Assembly: GCA_012514745.1 (NCBI GenBank)
Contig: JAAYZR010000030.1
Span: 5,946-69,945 of the forward strand
Source: Candidatus Undivivens industriae
Lineage (GTDB): Bacteria; Omnitrophota; Gorgyraeia; Gygaellales; Profunditerraquicolaceae
Direction of reading: 5' to 3'
Length of the DNA stretch: 64,000 nt
The notes beneath the pieces are model-generated. The model worked only from the letters and a program-made list of their open reading frames with translations. It was not told where the DNA came from and searched no databases. Made by a program: the position numbers and the translations under genes. Positions 28,438 to 37,862 of the stretch are shown here, piece by piece. How positions within the stretch are numbered: the stretch's first letter is position 1; every line of letters begins with the position of its first letter.

Positions 28438-30974
28438 ATATCCGTCTCCCGGGGAACAGGAACGTAATCTTCGAGATCGCAGAGATTCGGACCTTTTTTG
28501 ACGCTCACTTTCAACGGGACCGAAAGCTCCAGCACGTGCCCCATAATCCTCTCCGCTTCCGGAATGAACGTTTCGGCTTCCGCGCGCGGCACGTCGAAAA
28601 TCAGTTCGTCGTGCACCTGCAAGAGCATGCGCGACCGGAGTCCCCGTTCGGCAATCAAACGCTGGATGGAGATCATCGCCGCCTTGATCAGGTCGCTGGC
28701 CGATCCTTGTACCGGGGTATTTACGGCCTTGCGCCTGGCGAACTGTCTGACCGCCATATTCCCGCTGTTTATTTCCGGCAGGTAACGTCTCCTGCCGAGG
28801 ATCGTGGCAACAAATCCTTCCCTCTCGGCGAAAGATATACGGTCGTCGATGAATTCCTTCACCCCCGGATAACGCAGGAAATAAGCGTCGATGAAAGACT
28901 CCGCTTCCCTTACCGTGATACCGAGGTCCTTCCCGAGACCGAATCCGCTCTGCCCGTAAATAATACCGAAGTTCACGCGTTTGGCGGTCTCGCGCATGGC
29001 GTCATCTACATCCTTTTCCGGCACGCCGTAGATCAAAGACGCGGTATGAGCGTGGATATCCTTATCTTCGACAAAGGCATTTATCATGCCGCTGTCGCCG
29101 GAAAGATGCGCCAGTATGCGCAGCTCTATCTGGGAATAATCGCAGGAAAAAAGCTCGTTCCCGGTTTCCGAAGCCACGAACGCCCTGCGTATCCTGCGCC
29201 CGGACTCGCTCCTGACCGGTATGTTCTGCAGATTGGGATCGCTGGAGCTCAAACGCCCGGTCTCGGTGCCGGTCTGGTTAAAACACGTATGTATGCGCAG
29301 TGTGGCCTTGTCCGCGAGGTTCAGCAGGGCGTCTACGTAGGTGGACTTCAGCTTGGCGAGCTGGCGGTATTCCAGCAGCATCGCCGGCAGCCCGTGCTCT
29401 TCCACGAGGCCGCGCAGGACTTCTTCGTCGGTGGACGGACCGGTCTTGGTCCTCTTACGCACCGGGAGCTTCAATTTCTCGAACAGCACGACCCGCAACT
29501 GCTGCGGCGAGTTGATATTGAAACTGCCGCCGGCGCATTCGTAAATATCGGAGGTAAGCGCGAGAATCTTTTTTTCCATCTCCGACGAGAGTTCGCGCAG
29601 TACCGATACGTCAACCTTGATGCCGTCGGCTTCCATACCGGCGAGGACCTCAGCCAGCGGCATCTCTATTTCTTCAAAAAGCTTAAGCAGTTCCTTCTCC
29701 TCCAGCAAGCGCCGCAGGCGGGCGTTCAATCCCTTTATCCCCTCCGTTCCGGAGGCGCTCCCGGACAATCCCTCGCCGTAGGCGCTATACACCTCATCGA
29801 AGGAATAGCCGCCGGAGGAAGGATTCAATAAGTAAGCGGCTATCATGCTGTCGAAACGCATCCCGCGCAAGATTATGCCGCGCGAACGCAGAGCTCCGGC
29901 CGCTCTCTTTAAGTCGTGCCCGTATTTGCCCGCTGAGTCCGATTCAAGTATCCGTTTCAGGTTCTCTCCGGTCTCGGCCGAAGAGAAAGCCATCCCGCAG
30001 GCGTAAATCATAAAGTCGCCTGTGTCCAGCGGCCGGATAAAAACATCTCCGTTCCCCGCGCAGGCGGCATCGTCTCCGCCGGGGACAGGCTGCTCTTGAC
30101 CCGCGCCGGGAGGTTCAGGCAGCGTCTTGAGCAAAGAGCGGAACTCAAGCCGGGTGAACAATTCGCGCAATTTACCGTAGTCGGGTTCTGTTATGCGGCA
30201 GGCCTCAGGCTCCAGTTCCACCGGCGCGCTCCCGTCCAGCGTGACCAGTTCCAGATTAAGCCGGATCATATCTCCGCCGGCCGCGACCGCATTTTTGATC
30301 TTTTCCTGCTTTATCCGCTCCGGATGGGCTAATATCTCCTCCAGGGAACCGTGTTCTTTCAAGAGGGCGACCGCCGTCTTCTGCCCTATGCCGGGGACAC
30401 CGGGTATATTGTCGCTCTGATCGCCCATCAGAGCCAGGACCTGCGGAACAAGACAAGGGGAAACTCCGAAGTCTTTTTCTACCGCCGCCGCGTCATAAAG
30501 AACGCCGCTGCCTTTATAAGGGTTCAGCACCAGAGTATGCCCGTCCACCAGCTGCAAGATATCCTTATCCGGGCTGACGATAACGGTGTTTATGCCTGCC
30601 GCCGAAGCTTTTTTACTCAGGGCCGCGAGAAGATCGTCCGCTTCATATCCTTGCAGCTCGCAGACGCGGAGACGGTAAGCGGATACAGCTTCCCTGATCA
30701 AAGACAGCTGCGAAACAAGCCCCTCGGGCATCGGCGGACGCTGCATCTTGTATTCCGCGAATTTCTCGGAACGGAATGTCTTTCGCGAGACGTCGAAACA
30801 CAGCACGGCAGACCCGGCCTTGCCGGATTTCAACACCTTGTTCAGCATATTGATGAAGCCGTAGACTGCGCCCACAGGCAGCCCGGAAGAAGTGCTTAAT
30901 CCCTGAAGGGCGTAAAACGCGCGGTAATAAAATGCGGTGGCGTCAAACAAATACAACTGCTCGAATGTCTGCAT
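28434..30974 (-). CDS. polA: DNA polymerase I (5' nuclease + vestigial 3'-5' exo + polymerase)
   Basis: 846 aa with a 5'-3' exonuclease N-terminus and Pol A motifs A/B/C (DYSQIELR; RRAAKTINFGIIYG-like; QVHDEL). In the exo region, DTGD replaces the DTE(T)D catalytic motif. Confidence 0.9.
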   Translation of the reverse strand: MQTFEQLYLFDATAFYYRAFYALQGLSTSSGLPVGAVYGFINMLNKVLKSGKAGSAVLCFDVSRKTFRSEKFAEYKMQRPPMPEGLVSQLSLIREAVSAYRLRVCELQGYEADDLLAALSKKASAAGINTVIVSPDKDILQLVDGHTLVLNPYKGSGVLYDAAAVEKDFGVSPCLVPQVLALMGDQSDNIPGVPGIGQKTAVALLKEHGSLEEILAHPERIKQEKIKNAVAAGGDMIRLNLELVTLDGSAPVELEPEACRITEPDYGKLRELFTRLEFRSLLKTLPEPPGAGQEQPVPGGDDAACAGNGDVFIRPLDTGDFMIYACGMAFSSAETGENLKRILESDSAGKYGHDLKRAAGALRSRGIILRGMRFDSMIAAYLLNPSSGGYSFDEVYSAYGEGLSGSASGTEGIKGLNARLRRLLEEKELLKLFEEIEMPLAEVLAGMEADGIKVDVSVLRELSSEMEKKILALTSDIYECAGGSFNINSPQQLRVVLFEKLKLPVRKRTKTGPSTDEEVLRGLVEEHGLPAMLLEYRQLAKLKSTYVDALLNLADKATLRIHTCFNQTGTETGRLSSSDPNLQNIPVRSESGRRIRRAFVASETGNELFSCDYSQIELRILAHLSGDSGMINAFVEDKDIHAHTASLIYGVPEKDVDDAMRETAKRVNFGIIYGQSGFGLGKDLGITVREAESFIDAYFLRYPGVKEFIDDRISFAEREGFVATILGRRRYLPEINSGNMAVRQFARRKAVNTPVQGSASDLIKAAMISIQRLIAERGLRSRMLLQVHDELIFDVPRAEAETFIPEAERIMGHVLELSVPLKVSVKKGPNLCDLEDYVPVPRETDI

Positions 30975-31014
30975 TATTTAAAGCATTGAGGAAAGGTATG
31001 GTAATCCGCAGTCC

Positions 31015-31887
31015 TTATTGTAAGAGCGTTCTGCGAACCTGCTCAATAAAGGAACTGATCTCCTTATTGGAAGAATCGAGATATTCTGCTACGGTAGCTT
31101 CTTTTAATGCGGTCACGTATTCCCCTTTATCGTAACTTTCCTTGGCGCGGGTAAGATAGGTTATCGCCCTGCTCCTGTTGTCCAGCGATTTCTGGTCCTG
31201 GCTAAGCTCATCCTCGAACAGGGTCACGGGGGATTGAGAATAATCGGTCTCGTAGAGATCGCTGTCCAGGTCGCTGTATACCGCGGCAGCTGCGGCCGGA
31301 GAAGCCTGCAACATCTCTTTCTGCAGGTTGGCCTTGTACCGGGCTTCTATTTTACCGTATGCCTCGGGGTATACGCTTGCTATACCTTCGAGCCTTTTTT
31401 GGGCCTTGTCCGCCCAGGGGTCGCCCGGGCCGCCCAGAGTGGCCCTTTTTATCCAGTAAAGAACGGCGTTAATGTAATCGCCCTGCCCTTCATATAAAAG
31501 GGCCATGTTGGCGTAGCTGCTCGGGTAATTCGGGGCGACCTCGATAGCGCGCAGGTACATATCCTTTGCCTTTTCCAGCCTGCCGTTGGCTTCATAAAGT
31601 ATACCGAGGTCGTTGTAAGCCTCCACGAAATTGGGATTCAGTGAAATGGCCTTCTGGTAACACGCGGAGGCCTGTTCAAGGTTGTTTTCCTTCTGGTACC
31701 GCAATCCCTCCAAACGGTAAGCGCGCGCCTGGTCCTGTAAAGTAGCCTGAAGCTGACCGCCGGAAAAAGAGACTGCCTGCCCGGGGCCCAAGAACACGAA
31801 TGCCGCCAGAAAACCCGCGATCCTACAAGTCATCCCGAATCCCCCCGTGTTTTTCATTAAGTTTATACTATATTTGATTTTGCGCAA
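31015..31887 (-). CDS. tetratricopeptide-repeat protein with N-terminal signal/TM segment
   Basis: Multiple TPR units (AYNDLGILYEANGRLEKAKDMYLRAIEVAPNY...) and a hydrophobic N-terminus. Confidence 0.6.
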   Translation of the reverse strand: MRKIKYSINLMKNTGGFGMTCRIAGFLAAFVFLGPGQAVSFSGGQLQATLQDQARAYRLEGLRYQKENNLEQASACYQKAISLNPNFVEAYNDLGILYEANGRLEKAKDMYLRAIEVAPNYPSSYANMALLYEGQGDYINAVLYWIKRATLGGPGDPWADKAQKRLEGIASVYPEAYGKIEARYKANLQKEMLQASPAAAAAVYSDLDSDLYETDYSQSPVTLFEDELSQDQKSLDNRSRAITYLTRAKESYDKGEYVTALKEATVAEYLDSSNKEISSFIEQVRRTLLQ

Positions 31888-31942
31888 ACGTCAAGAAAAA
31901 AATTTTTTATTTGGGCCCGGCGGATACTCCGCGCGCGTCATA

Positions 31943-34126
31943 TCATAACAACGGCGGCATCTCCAATGCGGGATGCCCGGCTTTCGCGAGGAATTCCAGG
32001 AGTTCCTCGATTTTTACCGCCGCCTCTTCATCGGCTATCTTATCGAACAACCCCGGATCGCCGAGCTCTTCGCAGCGCCGGCGCAGGCGTTCGCCGAGCA
32101 TTTCCTTGAGTTCTCTCGGCATCCAAACCACCCTCTTTAACCCGCCTTCGGCGGAGATAAATTTCCTGCTGGCGATATACAATTTCCCGACCCCGAGGAA
32201 ACCGGGCGTCTGCACTCCTCCTCCCACCGAACCTGCCAAGGTGGTGAACGTCATTCCGCAAGGGGTCATGCCGATATGGTCCCGGTGAACGACCATCACG
32301 CCGTTGGCTTCCGGCAACACGGCCACTATACACTCAAAACACCCGCAGGAGGTCTGCGGGGCGTCCAGCAGGGAATACATGCTTACTTTATCCACGGTTT
32401 TGTTGGACTTCAAATAGACGAATTCGTTTATATTCCCCCACTGGCCGGCGCGCTCGTCCAGGATCTTGCCTTTGAGAACGGGCTGGTTGGGACCGGTAGG
32501 CGTGATCTCGTAAGAGGCCTTGGCGTCCAACCAGGAATACGCGCCGCACAACCCCAGCCTCTCCGGAGTTACTATGCAGACGTGATTGGGGGCGAAAGAC
32601 TGGCAGAGCAGACAGGAGTAAAAGGTATCCACGCTCTCATCAGTCATCCCGCTTAAACGCTCATCCCTTTCCGCGAAACTCCCGACGGCCGCCGGCAAAA
32701 ACTTTTCCACCTCGGACTTTTCGGTATATATCTTCACCTGCACCTTGTCCACTATAGCCTGGTATTCCTGATGCAGCATAGCGTGCAATATGACACCCAG
32801 GTGCTTGAGACGGAACCCTTTGGAAAAGGCGTCTTTGGAAACGCGTATCCAGTTCATATCGCGCTGGCCGACGTGCATTATACCCATGGCGTAATTCACG
32901 AAGCGATGTATCTGGCGCTCGAGTATGGGCTCAAAATCCTTCTGCATGCGCCTGCCCGCCACCTCCACGATCAAGGCCAGCGGCAGAGACCTGCCGCCTT
33001 TCGGCAGCGCGTCTATATCCGGCCCGTGTATCTCCACTTTACCGTCTTCCACTTCCCGCAGCGGGCTGCTGTGGAGGTACTCGAAAGCCAGACTGCTCTT
33101 GCCGCCGAACTCCGCGTGAAGCTGATCCCGCCTGACGCGTTCTCCTTCGAAGGCCGCGGCGTAGGGTACCGGAACGGGGACCTCGGAAACCTTGACCTTT
33201 ATGCCGCGCGTCTGTATGCAGGCGGATGCGACGGCGGAATAATCGCTCTGACGCACCAGGGCCTCGTAAAGAGTGGTTTCCAGTTTGGGTACCTCGGGGA
33301 TATCGAGATCGGTAATTATGGGAAACCCCATAGCAAGGGCCCCCAACCCGGTAGCCGTAATAACCTCGTCCACATGGCTTAGAAGAATAACGAAAGCGGG
33401 GACTTTCTCTTTTGTATAAGAAAGTATCTCTTTCCACTGTCCGCATTTATGCCCGCCGTACGTCAGAGGCGCCCTCACCGCCCAGTCCACGGCGTAGATA
33501 ACGGAAAGATAATCCGTGCCCAGGGGCACTATGTAATTGTCCAATCCAACCGCGATACCGGAATCTGCCAGCTGTTTGAGCATGCTCGCGCCGCCGGCGC
33601 TGCCGGCAAGCAGGCTTACGATGCTTTTGGACTGCAGGTCGCGTATCAGGCGCACTGCCGAATCCGCGTCCTTGGCCGGACCGGCGATCACCGCGATACC
33701 TGAAATACGGCCGTCAACCAGCTGGATGCCGAGAGAACGAAGCAGGTTATCGGAAAGGAACCCGGCCGTTTCAGGCTGAGGGTGCCCCCCTTCAAGATAT
33801 TGGAAGGACGCGAGCAGTTCCTCGCATAAAAGGACTGCCAGTCCTTTGTTCAACAGGCCCCCCGCCGCCCCGAGAAAAAGACCGTTGCCGGCCGGATTTC
33901 CAGCCGCGAGTTTCTCCGCCTCCGAAATGATGAGGCCGCAGTCGCCCAAAGTGCGCACCTCTTCGTTCAAGAGCGCTTTTATCAAAGGGAGGGAATAATT
34001 TGTCCCCGGTAATTCCAGAGCCGTCCCGGCCCCGCGCCCTTTAACCAGCCTCTCGGTTTCCGCGCGCGTCAAAGCCAGGACCGCTTTCGTCCCTTTTTCC
34101 CCAAGTTCAGCGATTATGGAAGACAT
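31943..34126 (-). CDS. acsB: CO-methylating acetyl-CoA synthase (ACS, AcsB/CdhC-type A-cluster subunit)
   Basis: Long collinear matches to ACS as recalled from memory (not searched): VDTFYSCLLCQSFAPNHVCIVTPERLGLCGAYSWLDAKASYEI, the Cys-Gly-Cys Ni-bridging motif SCGCFECIV, DHIGMTPCGMTFTTLAG and the C-terminal KAGHPALEMPPLL. The start is set at MSSIIAELGEK (34124-34126, GGGAG RBS); the 49-aa N-terminal extension in the track is judged spurious. Confidence 0.85.
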   Translation of the reverse strand: MSSIIAELGEKGTKAVLALTRAETERLVKGRGAGTALELPGTNYSLPLIKALLNEEVRTLGDCGLIISEAEKLAAGNPAGNGLFLGAAGGLLNKGLAVLLCEELLASFQYLEGGHPQPETAGFLSDNLLRSLGIQLVDGRISGIAVIAGPAKDADSAVRLIRDLQSKSIVSLLAGSAGGASMLKQLADSGIAVGLDNYIVPLGTDYLSVIYAVDWAVRAPLTYGGHKCGQWKEILSYTKEKVPAFVILLSHVDEVITATGLGALAMGFPIITDLDIPEVPKLETTLYEALVRQSDYSAVASACIQTRGIKVKVSEVPVPVPYAAAFEGERVRRDQLHAEFGGKSSLAFEYLHSSPLREVEDGKVEIHGPDIDALPKGGRSLPLALIVEVAGRRMQKDFEPILERQIHRFVNYAMGIMHVGQRDMNWIRVSKDAFSKGFRLKHLGVILHAMLHQEYQAIVDKVQVKIYTEKSEVEKFLPAAVGSFAERDERLSGMTDESVDTFYSCLLCQSFAPNHVCIVTPERLGLCGAYSWLDAKASYEITPTGPNQPVLKGKILDERAGQWGNINEFVYLKSNKTVDKVSMYSLLDAPQTSCGCFECIVAVLPEANGVMVVHRDHIGMTPCGMTFTTLAGSVGGGVQTPGFLGVGKLYIASRKFISAEGGLKRVVWMPRELKEMLGERLRRRCEELGDPGLFDKIADEEAAVKIEELLEFLAKAGHPALEMPPLL

Positions 34127-34151
34127 CCGTATTGCTCCCGTGATAAAACGG

Positions 34152-35054
34152 TCACACGACCGCTTCGGTTTTGCCGGATTCGGCCGCGAGTATCTCATCG
34201 GCGGCTCTGATCCCCTGCAGGCGCGCATCTTCCGCGCCCGATTCAGCCGCGGCCTCCCCGCAGGCAAAAACATTATCGACCCCGGCGCGCAGATTCCCGC
34301 CGGTTTTTATCCGCCCGTTCTCGATTTTCGCTTCTCCTCCGGCGGCAAAATCCATGCAGGGATTACCGCGCCGGCAAAAGATCACGGAAGCTGCCTCGAC
34401 TATCTTTCCTCCGCTCAACCTGACCGCTTTCAATTCTTTTCCCTCCCCGATGATCTCTTCAATATCCGTTCCGCATAGGACCTCCGGATTATCACCCGGG
34501 AGATTGGAGAATTCGCCGCCTTCTTTCAACAGCAATTTCACCGTCCTGCCTGCGGAAGAAAAAAGGCCGGCAAGCCTCCGGGAGTCATCGGCCCTGCCGC
34601 AAACGACCACGTTGCCGGGTATGGAAAGCCTCCGCCTGATCTCGTCCGCGTCGGAAAGGCCGAAGAAAACGAAAACCCCTTCTTTGTTCTTCCCCGGGAT
34701 ATCCAGCGCCGGTTTGCGGCCGCCGGCAATGATAAGATAATCGTAAGCCAGCCTGCGGTTGTTCCTCAGATACACCCTCTGCCGGGAGAAATCAATCCCG
34801 CTCACCGCGGCGGGACGGGTGAATTCCACGTTGTGCCCGGAAAAGAAACTTTCTTCGCATAGCATAATTTCACGTTTCTCTATCTTCCCTTCCAGGTAAT
34901 CCGGCAAAAGGTCGCAGTTATACGGTAAATCATCGTCCTGGGCCAAAAGGGTCACTTTCCAGTCCGGCTTCGCCGCAACGAGACTACTGCAGGCCGCGAA
35001 GCCGGCGTTAGTCGCGCCGATGATCAATACTTCAGGTGTCTTCTGAGCGGGCAT
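34152..35054 (-). CDS. FAD-dependent pyridine-nucleotide-disulfide oxidoreductase homolog (short; degenerate dinucleotide-binding motifs)
   Basis: N-terminal Rossmann-like VLIIGATNAGFAA and a central VVVCGRADDSRRLAG where GxGxxG is expected. At 300 aa it is shorter than typical family members (about 400 aa). Its stop is 26 nt upstream of the acsB start. Confidence 0.55.
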   Translation of the reverse strand: MPAQKTPEVLIIGATNAGFAACSSLVAAKPDWKVTLLAQDDDLPYNCDLLPDYLEGKIEKREIMLCEESFFSGHNVEFTRPAAVSGIDFSRQRVYLRNNRRLAYDYLIIAGGRKPALDIPGKNKEGVFVFFGLSDADEIRRRLSIPGNVVVCGRADDSRRLAGLFSSAGRTVKLLLKEGGEFSNLPGDNPEVLCGTDIEEIIGEGKELKAVRLSGGKIVEAASVIFCRRGNPCMDFAAGGEAKIENGRIKTGGNLRAGVDNVFACGEAAAESGAEDARLQGIRAADEILAAESGKTEAVV

Positions 35055-35113
35055 AAATCGAACTCCTGTTATTTGCCGGCAGGCGGTTACGGGTGACGAT
35101 TAACGGATTCTCA

Positions 35114-35986
35114 TCATCTGCCCGCCGCTTCCAGCAGGCGCGGCACTATGGAAAACCATCCCGCAGGCATCAGATGTATGCCGGCGCACATCGGTTTAAT
35201 CTCCCCGATGAGGCGCGAGAATATTTTCTCCGCAGCGTTCTCGTTATCACCGGAGCTCTCGATCTCTTTTATCAGGCGTTCCGGTACGTTCACTCCCGGC
35301 ACGCGCCGGTTAAGATACCTGGCTGTGCGCGCCGATCTCAACGGCAGTATGCCGGCGAGCACTCTGGAGTCTGAAACCGGCTTTCTGCGCATGAACGCGG
35401 CGAAAGATTCCGCGTCGAAAACGGCTTGAGTCTGGAAAAATTCGGCTCCGGCGGCAGCCTTTTTGGCCATCTTCATCAACTCGAGTTCCTGCGGGTCGGC
35501 TCCGGGATTGACCACGGCGCCGCAAAAGAAATCCGGGGATGCCCCGGACAACGAGTGCCCCCGCATATCCTTGCCCCCGCGCATAGCGGAGAAAACCGAC
35601 AATAACTGCACGGAATCCAGGTCGAAAACCGGTTTGGCCTCACGATGATCCCCCAGTAAAGGATGATCTCCGGTCAACGCCAGGACATTCTTTATCCCCA
35701 ATGCCGCGGCGGCAAGCAGATCGGACTGCAGGGCAATCCGGTTCCTGTCGCGGCAGGTAAGCTGATATACAGGCTCCAATCCGGCATCCTTCAGCCGCAG
35801 GCAAAGCGCCAGCGGACTCTGCCGCATCACCGCCGCGTGCGAATCCGTGACATTGAAAGCGTCCACTCTGCCGCGCATCGAGGACGCGGCCTCAAGCAGC
35901 TCTCCGAAATCCCCGCCTTTCTGCGGATTGAGTTCGCAGGTGACCACGAATTCCCCGGCTTTTATTTTCTTCCTTAATACGCTCAT
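35114..35986 (-). CDS. metF: 5,10-methylenetetrahydrofolate reductase
   Basis: MTHFR TIM-barrel signatures (FVVTCELNP; ALTGDHP); 290 aa. No MetV-like partner gene is adjacent. Confidence 0.8.
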   Translation of the reverse strand: MSVLRKKIKAGEFVVTCELNPQKGGDFGELLEAASSMRGRVDAFNVTDSHAAVMRQSPLALCLRLKDAGLEPVYQLTCRDRNRIALQSDLLAAAALGIKNVLALTGDHPLLGDHREAKPVFDLDSVQLLSVFSAMRGGKDMRGHSLSGASPDFFCGAVVNPGADPQELELMKMAKKAAAGAEFFQTQAVFDAESFAAFMRRKPVSDSRVLAGILPLRSARTARYLNRRVPGVNVPERLIKEIESSGDNENAAEKIFSRLIGEIKPMCAGIHLMPAGWFSIVPRLLEAAGR

Positions 35987-36309
35987 TTCTTAAAGATGAG
36001 ATATACCGCCGCTACGATCAAAGCGAAACCGGCCAGATAATTCCATTTCAGCCGTTCGCCGAGATAAAGAACGGAAAAGACCGTAAAAACCGAGAGGGAA
36101 ACCACCTCCTGTATCGTCTTCAGCTGCACGGCGGAAAACGCCCGGTAACCGATGCGGTTGGCGGGCACCTGGAAACAGTATTCGGCGAAAGCTATCAGCC
36201 AGCTGACCATTATCACCGTGAACAAGGGGGCCTTGGCGTATTTAAGGTGCCCGTACCAGGCAAGGGTCATGAAAATGTTGGATATCAGAAGCAGAACGAC
36301 GGTCTTCAT
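35983..36309 (-). CDS. small DMT-superfamily membrane protein (DUF486-like, 3-4 TM)
   Basis: 108 aa, hydrophobic throughout. Its stop overlaps the metF start by 4 nt. Confidence 0.5.
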   Translation of the reverse strand: MKTVVLLLISNIFMTLAWYGHLKYAKAPLFTVIMVSWLIAFAEYCFQVPANRIGYRAFSAVQLKTIQEVVSLSVFTVFSVLYLGERLKWNYLAGFALIVAAVYLIFKK

Positions 36310-36450
36310 AATCAGTTCGACGCACCGCGGTCTGATCCTCCTGCGGGCTTTAACAGTGAGCCTGTGGAATCGCTCAAGACAGACGGGCGTAGTTTGCTCA
36401 TGATTTTGATAATGGGCGGCGCCTGTTCGGCGCCTCCGCAGTGTAAATGC

Positions 36451-37317
36451 TCAATCATTCCTGGGTTGTTTTTTCTGCATGGATGCCGCTTCAAGGAAAT
36501 TGCGCATAAGAATGGCGGCGGTCACCGGACCAACTCCGCCCGGCACCGGGGTTATCCAGGAAGCCCTGGACGCCGCTTCCGCGGTCTCCACGTCACCGAC
36601 GATCATGCCGTTGCTGCGGTTTATGCCGACGTCTATCACGACCGCTCCTTCCTTGACCCACTTACCTTTGATGATTCCCGCTTTCCCCACAGCCACAACC
36701 AGTATCTCGGCCCGCGAGACGTGCTCCTGCAGTTTTCCGGCGCTGTCAGTGCCTATGTGACAGACTGTGACGGTGGCAAGCTTGTCCAAAAGAAGAAGCG
36801 CCAGCGGGCGTCCCACTATTTCGCTGTGGCCGATCAGTACCGCCTCCCTGCCTTCCAGCCTGACCCCGGACAACTTGATGAGCTCCATCACCGCCGCCGG
36901 GGTGCAGGGAACGATACGCGGACGGGGAAAGAACATATGTCCTATATTATACGGATGCATCCCTTCCACATCCTTCAAAGGGGATATCTCCCTCACCGCC
37001 GCCAGGTAATCTATCTCGTTAGGCAGGGGTTTCTGTATAATGATGCCGTTGACCCCGGCGTCGAGGTTGAGCCTGTCGATCAACCCCTTTAAATCTTCCA
37101 AGGAGGTCTTGGCTGCCAGTTTATGCAGGCGGTAATCGAATCCCAGGGCAGAGGCGAGCCTGGACTGCATCTGCGTGTAAGATCCGGCTGCGGCATTGTC
37201 TCCCACCTGTATGCCCGCCAGGGCGGGACGGAAACCGAGCCGGCCTATCCTGGAACGGATCTCCTCTTTGATACGCTCGGCTATTACGCTACCTTTCAAT
37301 AATCCCGCAGACGCCAT
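36451..37317 (-). CDS. folD: bifunctional methylenetetrahydrofolate dehydrogenase/methenyl-THF cyclohydrolase
   Basis: FolD motifs (IIQKPLP; NAD(P)-binding GHSEIVGRPLALLL); 288 aa. Confidence 0.9.
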   Translation of the reverse strand: MASAGLLKGSVIAERIKEEIRSRIGRLGFRPALAGIQVGDNAAAGSYTQMQSRLASALGFDYRLHKLAAKTSLEDLKGLIDRLNLDAGVNGIIIQKPLPNEIDYLAAVREISPLKDVEGMHPYNIGHMFFPRPRIVPCTPAAVMELIKLSGVRLEGREAVLIGHSEIVGRPLALLLLDKLATVTVCHIGTDSAGKLQEHVSRAEILVVAVGKAGIIKGKWVKEGAVVIDVGINRSNGMIVGDVETAEAASRASWITPVPGGVGPVTAAILMRNFLEAASMQKKQPRND

Positions 37318-37855
37318 CCTCTATCTCCGTTCTTATCCTCAACATCGACCGTTTCTTGACCGACAATTCCCTGAGCATCCCCCGGGACAACGCCCTGTCG
37401 CCGATAATCTTCAAATTTATGCGCACGTTAAAATATGCGCCGCGGAAAGCCGCCTCCAGCATGGCCGCGGCGGTGCCGGTGTCGGTGCAAAGATTGGGAT
37501 TGCCTTTTTTCAGCACCTCGGGGCAGAATTTCATTCCTTCGTAAGTAAGCCGGCAAATAATGAAAGAAATATCCAGTGATCTGCGCATGTCCCTGCCGTT
37601 GAAAGCCTCCGCGTCAAGGTCCGCCAGCTCCAGAAACCGCGCGCGCAGCCTCTCAGCCGCTCCGAGAATCTCCTTTAAGCGCTTCTCGTGCGCGGCGTAA
37701 GCTTTCCTGCCGAGCGAGAAATTAAGCACCATGCTTAACAGCGCCGTCCCCATAGCGGCGGCTACCGCTGAGGCGGAACCACCTCCGGGTACCGCGTTGC
37801 CGGCGGCGAGGCAATCGTTGTATCTCTCCAAGCTCTTGCGGCAGTATCTCACCAT
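37289..37855 (-). CDS. fchA: methenyltetrahydrofolate cyclohydrolase (cyclodeaminase/cyclohydrolase family, FchA-like)
   Basis: Helical FTCD_C-type domain with PGGGSASAVAAAMGTALLSMV; 188 aa, located between fhs and folD. Confidence 0.75.
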   Translation of the reverse strand: MVRYCRKSLERYNDCLAAGNAVPGGGSASAVAAAMGTALLSMVLNFSLGRKAYAAHEKRLKEILGAAERLRARFLELADLDAEAFNGRDMRRSLDISFIICRLTYEGMKFCPEVLKKGNPNLCTDTGTAAAMLEAAFRGAYFNVRINLKIIGDRALSRGMLRELSVKKRSMLRIRTEIEDGVCGIIER

Positions 37856-37862
37856 GATATCG

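Noticed and set aside
36312-36494. 60-aa ORF overlapping the folD 3' end and the folD-DMT spacer
   Set aside because: It overlaps a confident gene out of frame, has no RBS, and its translation is low-complexity. The spacer's GGCGCC-gaaca-GGCGCC hairpin has no U-run, so I did not call a terminator.
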